NCBI GenBank assembly: GCA_020184695.1
Contig: JAANOX010000261.1
Coordinates: forward strand, 156,178-220,177
DNA length: 64,000 bases
From: Histomonas meleagridis 2922-C6/04-290x
Taxonomy: Eukaryota; Protista; Parabasalia
Direction of reading: 5' to 3'
The position numbers were made by a program, and so were the translations under genes. Numbering within the stretch: the stretch's first letter is position 1; each line of letters opens with the position of its first letter. Of the stretch, positions 11,785-22,786 are shown piece by piece. Under the pieces are notes generated by a model that saw only the letters and a list, made by a program, of their open reading frames with translations, ran no database searches and was not told the origin of the DNA.

Positions 11785-11959
11785 CCTTGAAAAAAACGAT
11801 TTTTTTTACATCATTATGTAAACAACTGAAATAATTTTTAAAAATTTTAAACGTCTTCAATTCTTGTTTTGTGTTGCTTTAATAGTAACCAAAACAGTAT
11901 GTTTAAACATTAAAAACAAAACTCAAAAAAAAATTTCGTTGGCTTTATAATAATTACAT

Positions 11960-12823
11960 TTATTGAAATTCGATTGTAACGCCGATTGAATTGCAAAGGA
12001 AAATCACTCCTTCTCTAATAATGTAAGAAGGCCTGTCCGTATAATGAGTTCCCTTTATTACTGCCATTTGTTTGAATCCGGAATATTTGGAAAATAATTC
12101 TTTGGTATTTTGAAGTGGTATGGTAGTGTCATCATCTGCATGTATAAAAAAAGCTGGAGTAAGGCATTCTTCAATTACATCAATTGGGTTCATTGACGTA
12201 ATATCAAATCCAATTTTTGATATGGACCGATCTTTTAATTTTCCTTCAAAATCCCCACCAACTAAAAAAGAAACGTGATGCTCACGTGCTATAGAATTTA
12301 TGGCATCTGTTAATCTGCTAAATGGGGAATCTAAAACTGCTGCTGCAATGTCTTGTTTTTTTGCCATCGTAAAAATTGCTGTGGCTGCACCCATAGATCG
12401 CCCCCAAAGCATTATTTTGTGTATAGGGAAATTGTTTTGAAGAAATAAAATAAGTTCAATTACATCATTAGATTCATTTTTCCCCATTGTAACATGTTTT
12501 CCTTCGCTATTACCACATGCTGCAAAGTCAAATAAAAATACTGAGATTCCAACTGGAATCATTATTGGAACTAAAAAACGACCTTCTAACTGACAACCGG
12601 AATTTCCATGAAGATATATAACACAGGGCTCTGACTTGATTGGGTGTTCAGATAAATAAAGTGATCCTATAAGATCTTCTCCTCTAGAATTTCGAAATTT
12701 GATGGGTGTTCTATTTATTTTCCCAAAAGGAGATAAATCATATGAAATAGGCATATCTCTTTCATTGTACACGTATTTTTCTGGATTAATAATATAGCTT
12801 AGCGCTATATTTGCAGCAAGCAT
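11960..12823 (-). CDS. Alpha/beta-hydrolase (ABHD13/ABHD17-like serine hydrolase)
   Basis: VIYLHGNS oxyanion motif, nucleophile elbow WGRSMG, DSPFS, candidate acid in IHADDD and His in GTHY. Confidence 0.85.
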   Translation of the reverse strand: MLAANIALSYIINPEKYVYNERDMPISYDLSPFGKINRTPIKFRNSRGEDLIGSLYLSEHPIKSEPCVIYLHGNSGCQLEGRFLVPIMIPVGISVFLFDFAACGNSEGKHVTMGKNESNDVIELILFLQNNFPIHKIMLWGRSMGAATAIFTMAKKQDIAAAVLDSPFSRLTDAINSIAREHHVSFLVGGDFEGKLKDRSISKIGFDITSMNPIDVIEECLTPAFFIHADDDTTIPLQNTKELFSKYSGFKQMAVIKGTHYTDRPSYIIREGVIFLCNSIGVTIEFQ

Positions 12824-13326
12824 TTACCCCACCAAGTCAATGATATAGTAAACTATTCAAAAAGATAACCGTATTCTGGGAACCATAGTCATTATGTCCT
12901 TCGTTACATTTGTTTTATTTGTATCTTCTTTTCTAATTTTATAAACCGATGAATCAAAAATGGCTTTTAAATATATTTCAAAAAAGTCGATTAACATGAA
13001 AAATTTTATTCAACAATTTAATGAAGTATATGAAGACATAAGATTCTAAACCCTAAACAATCATTACACCAAATATGTACAAATATATGAGATCAATATT
13101 TCAATATAATACACATGTAAAAACAAATGTCATCATGATGAAGATGCAACTGAAATAATAAAAGGATATCATGAAAAGCTCCCGATGAGATTGCGTATGC
13201 CAAGAAATACCCCCATCTAAAGGTGGTTACGCCTAGGACAAGACCTCCACTTTCACGAAAGAGTCCTAAAAGGCCACAAGATCCACCAGAAAGTCATTAA
13301 ATAAATAAAAAATGACTTACTCCAAT

Positions 13327-13380
13327 TTTTTTTTTTTTTTTTTTTTTTATTTTTTTTATTTTTTATTTTTTATTTTTTAT
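13327..13380. repeat. T-rich tract at the host/virus boundary
   Basis: Long T run followed by (A)TTTTT(T) units; it reads as an A-rich tail after the minus-strand ORF ending at 13380. Confidence 0.8.
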
Positions 13381-13658
13381 TAATAATTATTTTCATTTTG
13401 AGTGTTTTCTTCTTGAGTTTGTTGAGTTAATGTATTAGCGTATTGTTGCAATACATTTAATTTACCTAAGTAAGCATTATATTTATTTAAATCATTATTA
13501 AATATTTGATTTAACAATTCGGTTTTAGATATTTGATAAGCTTGATCCAATTGTTCAGGCGTTATATTTTGTAAAGGATTCTTTATAGTAGGATGATATT
13601 TTTCATCTATAAATTTATAAATTTGTTTTCTAAGTAAATTATGATATTTATTATACAC
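13380..13658 (-). CDS. Hypothetical protein (element 1)
   Basis: 92-aa ORF with protein-like composition; no motif recognised. Confidence 0.45.
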   Translation of the reverse strand: MYNKYHNLLRKQIYKFIDEKYHPTIKNPLQNITPEQLDQAYQISKTELLNQIFNNDLNKYNAYLGKLNVLQQYANTLTQQTQEENTQNENNY

Positions 13659-13829
13659 AGTTACAGTTACTGTTATTACATTTTTTTATTTTTTACAATA
13701 GAAAAGGAAGGTTTAATATTAATTGCACTAAAATCACAATCTTTAAATTCTTGTGCAAAGCATGTATAAAGAGCTTCCATTAAAAAATAATGAAGTGACA
13801 GAATGCTTTTTATGAAATTATTTTAATTT

Positions 13830-14630
13830 ATGGAAAACGATATTAATATTGATGCCTTAGATAATATGATTGATTATTGTTTATATAAAAATAAACCTAA
13901 ATTAAATGAAGAATTAATAAGTGAAATTCATCCAGAAGTGAATGTACCTTATAATTATTTAAATATAGCAGTAGGTAGACAAAGAAGTGGGAAAACTCAA
14001 TGTATAATCAGAGAAATTATTGAAATTAGTAATATTAGTCCTAGAACTCATTTATTAATTTATATTAATAAAAATGGATTAGAAAATGATCCTACATTTG
14101 AATCATTAAAACCTTTAATAAAGATTCCAATTTTATATGTAGCTGAAAATCAAGCAGAAGATATAGTTAAAGATATATTAAAATGGAAACAATTTTATAA
14201 TGAAATTAAAAATGATCATTGGGATAATAAAATAGTACATAATCAAATATCTGACTTATTTGAAAAATTATCAATTAATAATTTTAATAATTTAACTTTA
14301 CATACTATAATATTTTTTGAAGATTGTGCTAATAGTCCTTTATTTAAAAAACCTACTAATTATTTTAATCAATTATTTACTAAATTAGCTCATATTCAAT
14401 GTTCTGTATTTTTCGCTGTTCAATTTTGGAAATCTTTACCTGCTGAAGTTAAAGCTAATGTAAGTACTATATTTATATTTCCTAATTTCTCTAAACAACA
14501 ATTAAGATATATGATTGAACAAATACCATTGCCTTATACTAAAGATCAAATTTATTCAGTTTATCAAAAATTAACTGGTCATCAAAAAATGATTATTGAT
14601 GTTAATAATCAAAATATAAAAATTGAATAA
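13830..14630 (+). CDS. A32/FtsK-like genome-packaging ATPase
   Basis: Walker A AVGRQRSGKT, Walker B IIFFED, then LAHIQCSVFFAVQFWKSLPAEVKANVSTIFIF (RH...hhhhQ...hP..hR.N pattern of Polinton/virophage ATPases). ORF intact. Confidence 0.85.
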   Translation: MENDINIDALDNMIDYCLYKNKPKLNEELISEIHPEVNVPYNYLNIAVGRQRSGKTQCIIREIIEISNISPRTHLLIYINKNGLENDPTFESLKPLIKIPILYVAENQAEDIVKDILKWKQFYNEIKNDHWDNKIVHNQISDLFEKLSINNFNNLTLHTIIFFEDCANSPLFKKPTNYFNQLFTKLAHIQCSVFFAVQFWKSLPAEVKANVSTIFIFPNFSKQQLRYMIEQIPLPYTKDQIYSVYQKLTGHQKMIIDVNNQNIKIE

Positions 14631-14659
14631 ATTTTTTTTTTTTAAAATCATTTTTTTTA

Positions 14660-15742
14660 ATGCAACAAGATGTGATTTATGGAACACGTAGACCACGAAA
14701 TGAAGATGGTACACGTATATATCCACCAATTATTAAAAAAGAACGTGAAAGATATGTTACAGAGGGTGATGCTAAATATATTTTTGATGATGATTTAAGT
14801 CATCATAAATATCATGGTGCTGATAGTACATTAATTGATGAGAATATGAAAGCTTTAGCACATCTTATTCTTGATTTGAAAAAACATGTTAGAAAAGTTA
14901 GAGATGCACAAACATATAACGGTGCTTTGGAATATGTTAACAAACATAATAAGAATAAAGATGCAAGATATCATTGGTCAGTAAAACAAGAAGATATTAA
15001 TGAAGATGGAATTCCAGATATTATTATAAGAGATCAACATAAAAGAGCTAAATTTGTTAATGGATGGACAGTCAAAAAACAAGATCCTTATCAAGTAGCA
15101 TATATGGATTATTTACAAAAGAATTATGGTAATCCTACAAAAAGAAGACAACATAGAGCAGATGGAAAGAAGATTAAATCTTTCAATGAATGGCTAGATA
15201 GTGAAGTAAGAACAGTAAAATATGATAAACCATTCGATGATCCAACTGTCCAATATAATCCTGAATATAATGAATTTAGGGAAAAAGTGAAAAGGGCTAA
15301 TGATAACTATTATAGAGATACTGGTGTTATTGAATATTTATAAATTACATAGTACTCCAAGAAGAAGGTCAGCAAATGCAGTATTTACAAGTTTACTTGT
15401 TAAAGATGCATATAAAACTTTCGTTGATAAATATGAAGGTAATAGTGAATATCAAGGAAGAATTAGGGGTTATTGTCCAATACTTCAATTATCTGCTGCA
15501 TTATACAAATTAATGGTAATTCCTAAAGTAGAAGAACTATTAAAAAAACGTAATATTCCAAATATTGAAGCAGGTAAAAAAAATATAAATTGGAGACAGG
15601 TGAAAGTTATTATTCAACTGCTTGTAAAAAAGTTGTTACTGATTTGTTAGAAGATCCTAACCATGAACAAATAATGTTAGATGCAGTTAAAAAATATGTA
15701 GTAAGTATAATTGGTACACCTAATGGATTAGCAGATTCGTAA
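14660..15742 (+). CDS. Hypothetical viral protein, split by frameshifts (ORFs 14660-15343 and 15300-15650)
   Basis: Consecutive overlapping ORFs with continuous protein-like character; function unknown. Confidence 0.45.
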
Positions 15743-15779
15743 GTTATTAAACAAAAAATTTTTAAAATCATTATTTTTT

Positions 15780-16301
15780 ATGATTAAAATAAGTGATTTC
15801 TCACCCCATGTAGGGAAGAATAATACTGAACATAATAGTTCTAGTGCTAATTGTAAAGTTATTATTAATAATAACAATAGTGAAACACCAGCACATTATC
15901 CTGAAGTTAATGAAGAAACATCAAAAATAATTACAAGAGAAACTGATCTTAATACTGATAATGCTAGTGCTTTATATAAACATATAGCTTTAACATTTAG
16001 TGCGATTTTAAAGACGAATAATATGAAATTAATAGCAAATTTAATTGATAATAGTGGTAAAATTATAATTAATGCTAATGATTTAATACAAGCTATAAGT
16101 TTAATTTTAGAAATTGATTTTAATCAAGTTAGATTAAGTTATGAAGATCCTGAACCTGGATGTTTAAAACATGTAAATCCAATTAAAAAAGTTAACTCAA
16201 CTAAGATTAATGGGTATGATTTTAATTTTCAATATAATGAAGAATATAACACATTAATGGATGAATTTAATATTTCCTTAGAAAAAGTATTTATTTATTA
16301 A
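15780..16301 (+). CDS. Hypothetical Maverick-associated protein
   Basis: Intact 173-aa ORF, tail-to-tail with the integrase. Confidence 0.55.
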   Translation: MIKISDFSPHVGKNNTEHNSSSANCKVIINNNNSETPAHYPEVNEETSKIITRETDLNTDNASALYKHIALTFSAILKTNNMKLIANLIDNSGKIIINANDLIQAISLILEIDFNQVRLSYEDPEPGCLKHVNPIKKVNSTKINGYDFNFQYNEEYNTLMDEFNISLEKVFIY

Positions 16302-17092
16302 TAAAACATCATTGGATCTTTTTCTTTTGAAGGTATAATAATTGCATTTGGAACTGGATTTAATAAATATCTTGGTACTGACATTTTTATTCCTTTATCA
16401 TTATGAATATTAAATTTACCTTTTTCAAAATTATCTACTATATAAATATCTGGTAATATTTTTGATCTTTTTTTCAATTGATCTGTGTTATAAACTGTTA
16501 CTGTTGTACCAGGAGGTAAATAAAATCCTTTTTGTTTCATAATATTATAATTTAATTTATGTAAAGATAAACCAAAAGATTTTTGTTTTATTTTAGCTTC
16601 ATATAATGATATTTTTTTATGATTTAATTTAGATAATGTTTTATGATAAGTATAATTATAATTATGTATAATTTTATTCATATCATGAAGTTGAATATAT
16701 TCTAAACCCATATTATCAGCCATATCTCTAATAGTTCTACAAATTCTATTAATTATAGCTAAAGATGAATGTATAGGATAAGATTTATTTTTAATTATTA
16801 TTCTTTTAACAGGAATTATTTTAGTACCAATTAAATGATTTGAAATATATTGTAAAGGTTTTGATAAAAATGTTGTTTCTGAATCACAATGAATAATTTT
16901 AGGATTAAATAAACCTGTACCATAAAGTTCAAATAAAGCTTTAGCTACACTTTCGATTGATTTTTTACTATGTTTATCGTTTATTTTAATATTAGTAAAA
17001 GTACCAAATAAATATCTAGTTTGTACTTCTACAGCTAATAAATAACAATAATCATAATTAAATTCATCACTATGTGAAAAAAATAAATCCAT
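16298..17092 (-). CDS. Retroviral-like (rve) integrase, probably degenerate
   Basis: YLLAVEVQTRYLFG, PKIIHCDSETTF (second catalytic D) and HSSLAIINRICRTIRDM at the third catalytic site; more N-terminal coding-like sequence lies upstream to about 17400. Confidence 0.7.
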   Translation of the reverse strand: MDLFFSHSDEFNYDYCYLLAVEVQTRYLFGTFTNIKINDKHSKKSIESVAKALFELYGTGLFNPKIIHCDSETTFLSKPLQYISNHLIGTKIIPVKRIIIKNKSYPIHSSLAIINRICRTIRDMADNMGLEYIQLHDMNKIIHNYNYTYHKTLSKLNHKKISLYEAKIKQKSFGLSLHKLNYNIMKQKGFYLPPGTTVTVYNTDQLKKRSKILPDIYIVDNFEKGKFNIHNDKGIKMSVPRYLLNPVPNAIIIPSKEKDPMMFY

Positions 17093-17409
17093 TTGATATT
17101 CTCCATTACCTCCAATATATTTTAATTGATATTTTTTATTTAATTTGAAAGGAAAATGATTTATATTCGGTTTTATTTTACCTATATTTGTGTAATTGAT
17201 ACTATAAGGTATATTTAATTTTTTAAATAAATATTTATTTTTATTTAAAGTTTTAAAACCTGTATTTATATTTTGGTTATCTTCATAAATATTGTAAGAA
17301 TCATTTGGAGTTACATATCTAAAATGATAAAAATAATATAAAAGATATAATGAATAAGCATAATCTAATGGAATATTTTCTGTTATATTTGAGTTAGTTA
17401 ATTTTGTAA

Positions 17410-18153
17410 TTAAGAAATTAATAAATTCTTGTATAGTTTTAGGTTTCCCATTTCAAAATCATTTTCTACTTCTTTTGCAAATATTTTATGAAGTAATTTT
17501 CTTAAAGGTGTATATTTTAGAATAATAGATTTATAATAGTTATAATATTCATTTAATGGATATAAACCTATATGACCATCAATATAATCTATATTATATT
17601 TTTTAATAATATCATTAATTAATTTCTTAAATTCATCAAAATCTAATTTCGTATTGATTTGGGTTCTTTTTAAAAAATTTATAATAAAACTATTAATAAT
17701 GATTTGATAATATTCTTTCATAGACTTAAATTGAATTCTATATGTGGGTGATATTGGAACACCATTTCTAACGCATTTTGTTGCTTCATCCATTAGTTTT
17801 AAAAAATTATTTAATGATAAATCAAATTTCAGAATACGAAAAATCACTCTCAAATTTTGCATTAAAAATCCGTAAAAAGAAGGCTGTTTTTCAGGTCCTT
17901 TATCATTAAGTAGAGCTAATCGTCGTACTTCATCTAATGGAGATTTATTGATGCTAGGTTCTTCTTTACCAACTATTGAATTTAATATTGTAGTAGTTAT
18001 TACTAAATCATCTGATAATTTATTACCATCAAATAATACTACATCACCAATTTCATAATCTGCGGTATTATTTACTCTAAAATAAAAATCTCCATGTGTT
18101 GCAAAATCAATAGTATCTTGTAAAAATTTCGATTTCTCTTTTAATAACATCAC
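17410..18153 (-). CDS. Chimeric-looking ORF: C-terminus of the fibre-like protein joined to an unrelated helical protein
   Basis: QDTIDFATHGDFYFRVNNTADYEIGDVVLFDG...SIVGK continues the upstream fibre gene across a frameshift, then the sequence character changes abruptly. Confidence 0.4.
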   Translation of the reverse strand: MMLLKEKSKFLQDTIDFATHGDFYFRVNNTADYEIGDVVLFDGNKLSDDLVITTTILNSIVGKEEPSINKSPLDEVRRLALLNDKGPEKQPSFYGFLMQNLRVIFRILKFDLSLNNFLKLMDEATKCVRNGVPISPTYRIQFKSMKEYYQIIINSFIINFLKRTQINTKLDFDEFKKLINDIIKKYNIDYIDGHIGLYPLNEYYNYYKSIILKYTPLRKLLHKIFAKEVENDFEMGNLKLYKNLLIS

Positions 18154-19145
18154 CTATTGAAGCTTTATATCCAGTTCCATGTTTAGCTACACATATCCCT
18201 AAATATTCTTTATAAGTACCTGATGTTTTAACTGATGGAATACAATCAGTTGATGAAGTATTTGTAACATATTTACCTTCATTGGTTAAAGCATAAACAT
18301 TACCTGTTAAAAATACAGGTGAACCAATTTGAAATTGTGTTAAGTCTTCTTCAACAGGTGCATTATGAGTAATAGTTGTATTTATTTGCTCTTGTCCTCC
18401 ATTATCAGTAATATAATATTCATTTCCTTCTTTTGATATAAAAGTTAATTCTGTGGTAGTACATTGTATTCTCCATGCATAATCACCTCCAAGACCATCC
18501 TTACTATGCATATCTATATAAGGCCCTGATTCTAAAATGCCATCACTTTTAATAACCGCTATTGAAGGTACACTAATATCTACATTCGAATATGAAGGAG
18601 ATGAATTTAAAGCAAAACCATTAATTGTTGAACATGTGATATTTTCTGGATTTGATACTGTAGGAATATCTGTTAATTCATTATAACTATGTGTATGATT
18701 TGTAGCAGCATATTTTGTATCATGATTATGATCTTTCAGAGCATACTCCGTATGCATATCAATATATTGACCAACTTCTACAACACCATCTTCTTTTAAT
18801 GTAATAATAGATGGCACATATAATTTTGTATCCCATTTACCACCTTCTGAAGTTGCCAATTGAAAACCATTTAATGAATTAACTTGTACATTCCCATTTA
18901 CTGTTAAATCATTATTTATTGTATTATGAGTATGACTTTTTGTTGAATATTTTTCATCTGATTGTGATTTATTATAATATAATTGAGGTAATGTAATCGA
19001 AGTTATAGTATTAAGTTTTTTTTGTTATTTGATCATTTGTAGGGTCATTTTCTAAAAGTTCTTGTAAGTCATCTTTATCAATAATTTCAGGAGCAGCAAC
19101 AACATTAGTTTTTATACCTTTCGTAGCATTCTCAATACTAAACAT
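18107..19145 (-). CDS. Fibre/spike-like structural protein (frameshifted in an 8-T run at 19016-19023)
   Basis: ATG at 19145 gives MFSIENATKGIKTNVVAAPEII...; after the homopolymer the frame joins ORF 18107-18859. It has HxH repeats (SHTHN, DHNHD, NHTHS) and two YIDMH motifs (YIDMHSKDGLGGDYAWRI), resembling phage tail-fibre motifs. Confidence 0.55.
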
Positions 19146-19256
19146 TGATAAAAAATGATTTTTATTTAATAAATTAATAATAATTCTAACATAAAATATT
19201 CTGGTTCAATTTCTTTACCATTCATTTCTTCAAACGATATTTTAAAATTTGGTTAT

Positions 19257-19508
19257 CTACTTTTTATACTCATATTTCTTATATTTAGTCCTGTTTTCAT
19301 TTGTATAAATACAAAAATAATCTTCATAATGGTCACGTTCAATAAAATCAGCATGCATTGAAACATCAGATACTAAATATTCCTTAAATTTACACTTACA
19401 TTGCTGTACTACAATATATTTATAATTTTGAGAATCGACAAATTCAGGCGGAAAACGGTTTTCTTTTTGTGAAGTACAAAAATACGTTTTAGTCACAGGT
19501 TTAAGCAT
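19257..19508 (-). CDS. Small hypothetical Maverick protein
   Basis: FPPEFVDSQNYKYIVV...MHADFIERDHYEDYF; beta-rich; function unknown. Confidence 0.5.
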   Translation of the reverse strand: MLKPVTKTYFCTSQKENRFPPEFVDSQNYKYIVVQQCKCKFKEYLVSDVSMHADFIERDHYEDYFCIYTNENRTKYKKYEYKK

Positions 19509-19803
19509 TTATAAAAATAAAGTTTGCCATGCGACCAAACAATATAACCGTCGCTTTTTGACTACAAACCTCTGACCAAAGATAAATTGAATAGGATAAA
19601 TGTCCGACCAAACATCACCGGTGACATTTCGTGCTGGTTATACGAGGTTTTTGATAGGTTTATGCTAAAAGTGGTATAAAAAGTGCTATCGTTTCTCTCA
19701 AAAAGTTTCGCGTTCTCTCAAAATTGAATGCGCATTCAAATTTTCAAACGAATTGTATGGCTCACAAAAATCATTTTGATTTTTGTTGCGAGCGGAGCGA
19801 GCA

Positions 19804-19976
19804 CACTCGGGGGATTGAAGGGGTCTGAGACCTCCGGAGGGGTCCGAAGGGCACCTCCGGGGGTCGAAGACCCCGGAAATCCCCCCAGTGAAAAGTAAAG
19901 GTCGGGGATGATCACGAGGTCCCTAGGGGCCCCGCCTCCGGCGGGGCCCCTAGGGACCTCGTGATCATTCCCGACC
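19804..19976. other. GC-rich cloverleaf plus long perfect hairpin
   Basis: Outer stem 19804-19816/19878-19890 (12/13) encloses three hairpins, two with GAA loops. A separate 37-bp stem 19900-19936/19940-19976 (36/37) has a 3-nt loop. Confidence 0.95.
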
Positions 19977-20244
19977 GCATTATATACCTACCTGTGAAAG
20001 TTAAGGATGGATGAGTGTTAGAGTCGAACGTTAAGGAAAAATGAAATGTTATGTGAAATACAAGGAAGAGCAAAAAAAATGTTCAAAAATTAAATTCAAT
20101 GGTGATGGGAATCGAACTTGAGGCGTTGATAAAAAACGCTACGTAAGGGAATTGAACGTAAGGCGTTAATTGAAAAAGTGAAAAACTGACATTGAAATTT
20201 AAAAATTAAAATATCTCGTTATGTGATAGTTATTTTTATATAAT

Positions 20245-20742
20245 TTACATATCAAATGATTTCTTGTCGTTTGTAGTCTTCGCCTGAACGCTCGATGCTC
20301 GCGTGTGCTCGCTATCCGGAAAACTAATTTTTAAACCTTCAAACTCTTTCGAAAACGTGATATTTTCATTTCCAACGTAAGCATCCAATGATATAATTCT
20401 ATTGTCAATTTCTTCTCGTTTCTCGACTAATTCGTCAGTGATTCGTTTTACGATGTCATTTCTGGCTTTCATAAATCTATTATTTAATTCTGCAGGAGCA
20501 ATATTTACAAGTTTCTTTTCATTTGTTTTAGTAAGAATGTTATCGGTAAACTTTAAATTTACTGATTCAAGAAGTTTTAAATTCTTATCATAAAATTTAA
20601 CGCCTACAAGAATATTATTATGAAGTATAGGTTTATTTGTTGGTTTATCTATCTTCACTGTTGTATTATGATTATATTTGAACTCAACGGCGGCGTAATC
20701 AATTTTATATTCTGATATCAAATAATCTTTTAATAATTCCAT
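20245..20742 (-). CDS. Conserved hypothetical protein, head-to-head with the ATPase
   Basis: Intact 165-aa ORF, homologous by eye to 58731-59206 (YL.S...Y.AV..K...ILV..KFY..NLKLL..VN.KF; both end in FDM*). Confidence 0.7.
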   Translation of the reverse strand: MELLKDYLISEYKIDYAAVEFKYNHNTTVKIDKPTNKPILHNNILVGVKFYDKNLKLLESVNLKFTDNILTKTNEKKLVNIAPAELNNRFMKARNDIVKRITDELVEKREEIDNRIISLDAYVGNENITFSKEFEGLKISFPDSEHTRASSVQAKTTNDKKSFDM

Positions 20743-20782
20743 TTATTAACGGTAAAAAATTTATTTTTATAAATAAAAAATA

Positions 20783-21678
20783 ATGCGAAAAAATAATTCG
20801 GAGAATATAGATAAAAAATTTGATGAGATAGAAGAATTGTTTGATAAATTAGAAAAACAAAACAAAGAAATTTTTAGAGAATGCAAAGATAAAACCAATA
20901 CATGAAAAATTCTTATTTGCTCAAAACGGAATAACAGCATTTATAGCGCCGATGGGTTCAGGCAAATCATATCTTTACGTTAAACTCGGAGCGAAACAAG
21001 AAGTATTATTTAACGAACCGTTTTTTGAATTAATAACTATTTGTAGTACATCCTCAAAATTTGATGAAACAGTAAATACTTATAAGGAAGCAATAAAGAA
21101 AACGAAACTTGTTGCGATAAAAGATACTGATTTGTTAGACTGGATTAATAAATATATTCGGAGAATTTTAAAATATAATTCTATCATCAAACATATCAAT
21201 TCTGATTTTAAGAAAACGGATGAAGAAGTAGAAAGATTATTTATGAAATATAATTTGAATAACTCAAAGAAGAAATTAAAATACATTTCTGAAAAAGTTA
21301 GCGAAATATCAATGGAAAACTTATCCGCATAGATGTTTGTTGATATTAGATGATTTTGCTAATCATCCTTTGCTGAGAAGTAAAGAAACGGAGATGTCAA
21401 GATTATTGAAAAAACTCAGACACTTTAATATTAACGTTGTCATTTGTGTGCAAACAACAAAAAGTATACCAAAAGATATAAAAAGAACTTTGTCAGATAT
21501 TGTATTATTTAATGGAATTGGACAAGAAGACTTTTTCGATCTGTTGAAGGAATCACCAGCGAGTGTTTTTGACGCAAAAGTCTTATGGAAAGAATATAGC
21601 AAAATGAAAGACCCACACGGTACGTTTAGTATTCACATTAAAGCACGAAGAGTTATTATAAATCAAAAAATGAAATAA
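20783..21678 (+). pseudogene. Packaging ATPase, frameshifted
   Basis: APMGSGKS Walker A, LILDDFA Walker B, LRHFNINVVICVQ; close paralogue of intact 59267-60163, with frameshifts near 20880 and 21320. Confidence 0.85.
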
Positions 21679-21699
21679 AATAATGAAATAAAAATTATT

Positions 21700-22454
21700 T
21701 TTGATTTTGAATTTCACCAACAAATAAATCTTCATCTGGCATTCCTTGAACAGAAATTGTTATATACATTGGATTCAGTAAATGTACTTCGTGAAGGTTT
21801 GCGTCAACGAGTGTCAACTGTATATGTGACAAATCATTAGAATTTATGTCAATTTCAAAATCAGCGTTTGATACAATAATCGGAAAATTTGCCGAAAAAA
21901 GAGTTATTGATTCTAAGAACGATTTTTTTTTTTTTAATGGTTTCGTTTAAATTTCTATAAGAACTTTTTCCAACATTCGACAAAAGATATAATACTGGAG
22001 TTGATAAAGTATTTCCGACTGATTCAGCGAATATTTCAAATGTATCTGTACCATTAAATGTTGATGGTATAGGAAGAATTTGTGAGTATAACCCTGATAT
22101 TTGAATTATATTATATGAAGCATTATTTATTGTAAAGGCATTTGAAGAAGTAAATACAATTCTTCCGGCTTCGTCGACTTCAGACGTAACGCCTGATTCT
22201 TGAATTAAAGAATTCAACAGTAATATAAACGTTTGTGAGTTTAAGTCAGTGTAATCATTATTGAAATAGTATTTTTTACCGTTAATCTGTATAAAATCAT
22301 CTTTCTCAATAACAACAATAGAACATTTAGTCGTTAACGATGTTACAATCATTTTTGCTTGACGTGTTGGCGGTGACGGTAAGTTTACGTCAATTCTATT
22401 GTAATGTTCAGCGTCGTAGGAAGAAATTGTATAATCAATTACTGCATTATACAT
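21700..22454 (-). pseudogene. Minor capsid (penton)-like protein, frameshifted in a T run
   Basis: Paralogue of 60341-61144 (IDY.ISSYD..HYNRI.VNLP.P.TR.AKMI...). The downstream frame gives QLTLVDANLHEVHLLNPMYITISV, a penton-like C-terminal strand. Confidence 0.55.
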
Positions 22455-22786
22455 TTTATATATTGTAAAAATTTATGAATAACATATATAAAAAATTCAA
22501 GGGTTAGAAAAAGGGTTCATTTTTTTATTTTTTTAACCCTCAAAATTTTAATGGTACTTTTTTAACATACTTTTTTAACATTTTAATTTATGTAAAATGT
22601 TTTTTATTGGTGTTTGGCTGTGTGTTATTGGAACCATTTACGTTTTAAATTCAATCGTAAATACAATGATAAAAATATATGTTGTATTTAACGAAGAGGA
22701 AGGAGATAAAAAAGAAATCCCTGAAGATATTAAAAGGTCACTTTACTCTTAAAGTACAACAGTTTTTCTGTAATTATAAAGAAATA

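Larger units (their letters stand above)
13380..19980. mobile_element. Maverick/Polinton-like endogenous virus remnant, element 1 (boundaries approximate)
   Basis: Dense, extremely AT-rich gene block with an A32-like packaging ATPase, an rve-like integrase and a fibre-like gene. No pPolB, MCP or TIR recognised in this part. Confidence 0.7.

Noticed and set aside
5942-11821. Short plus-strand ORFs over the coiled-coil gene
   Set aside because: They are antisense shadows (F/S/I/L-rich) of an E/K/N-rich gene.
13140-13310. Coding-like fragment (PDEIAYAKKYPHLKVV...) before the T tract
   Set aside because: Too short, with no start or recognisable family; may be the 3' end of a lost gene or transposon.
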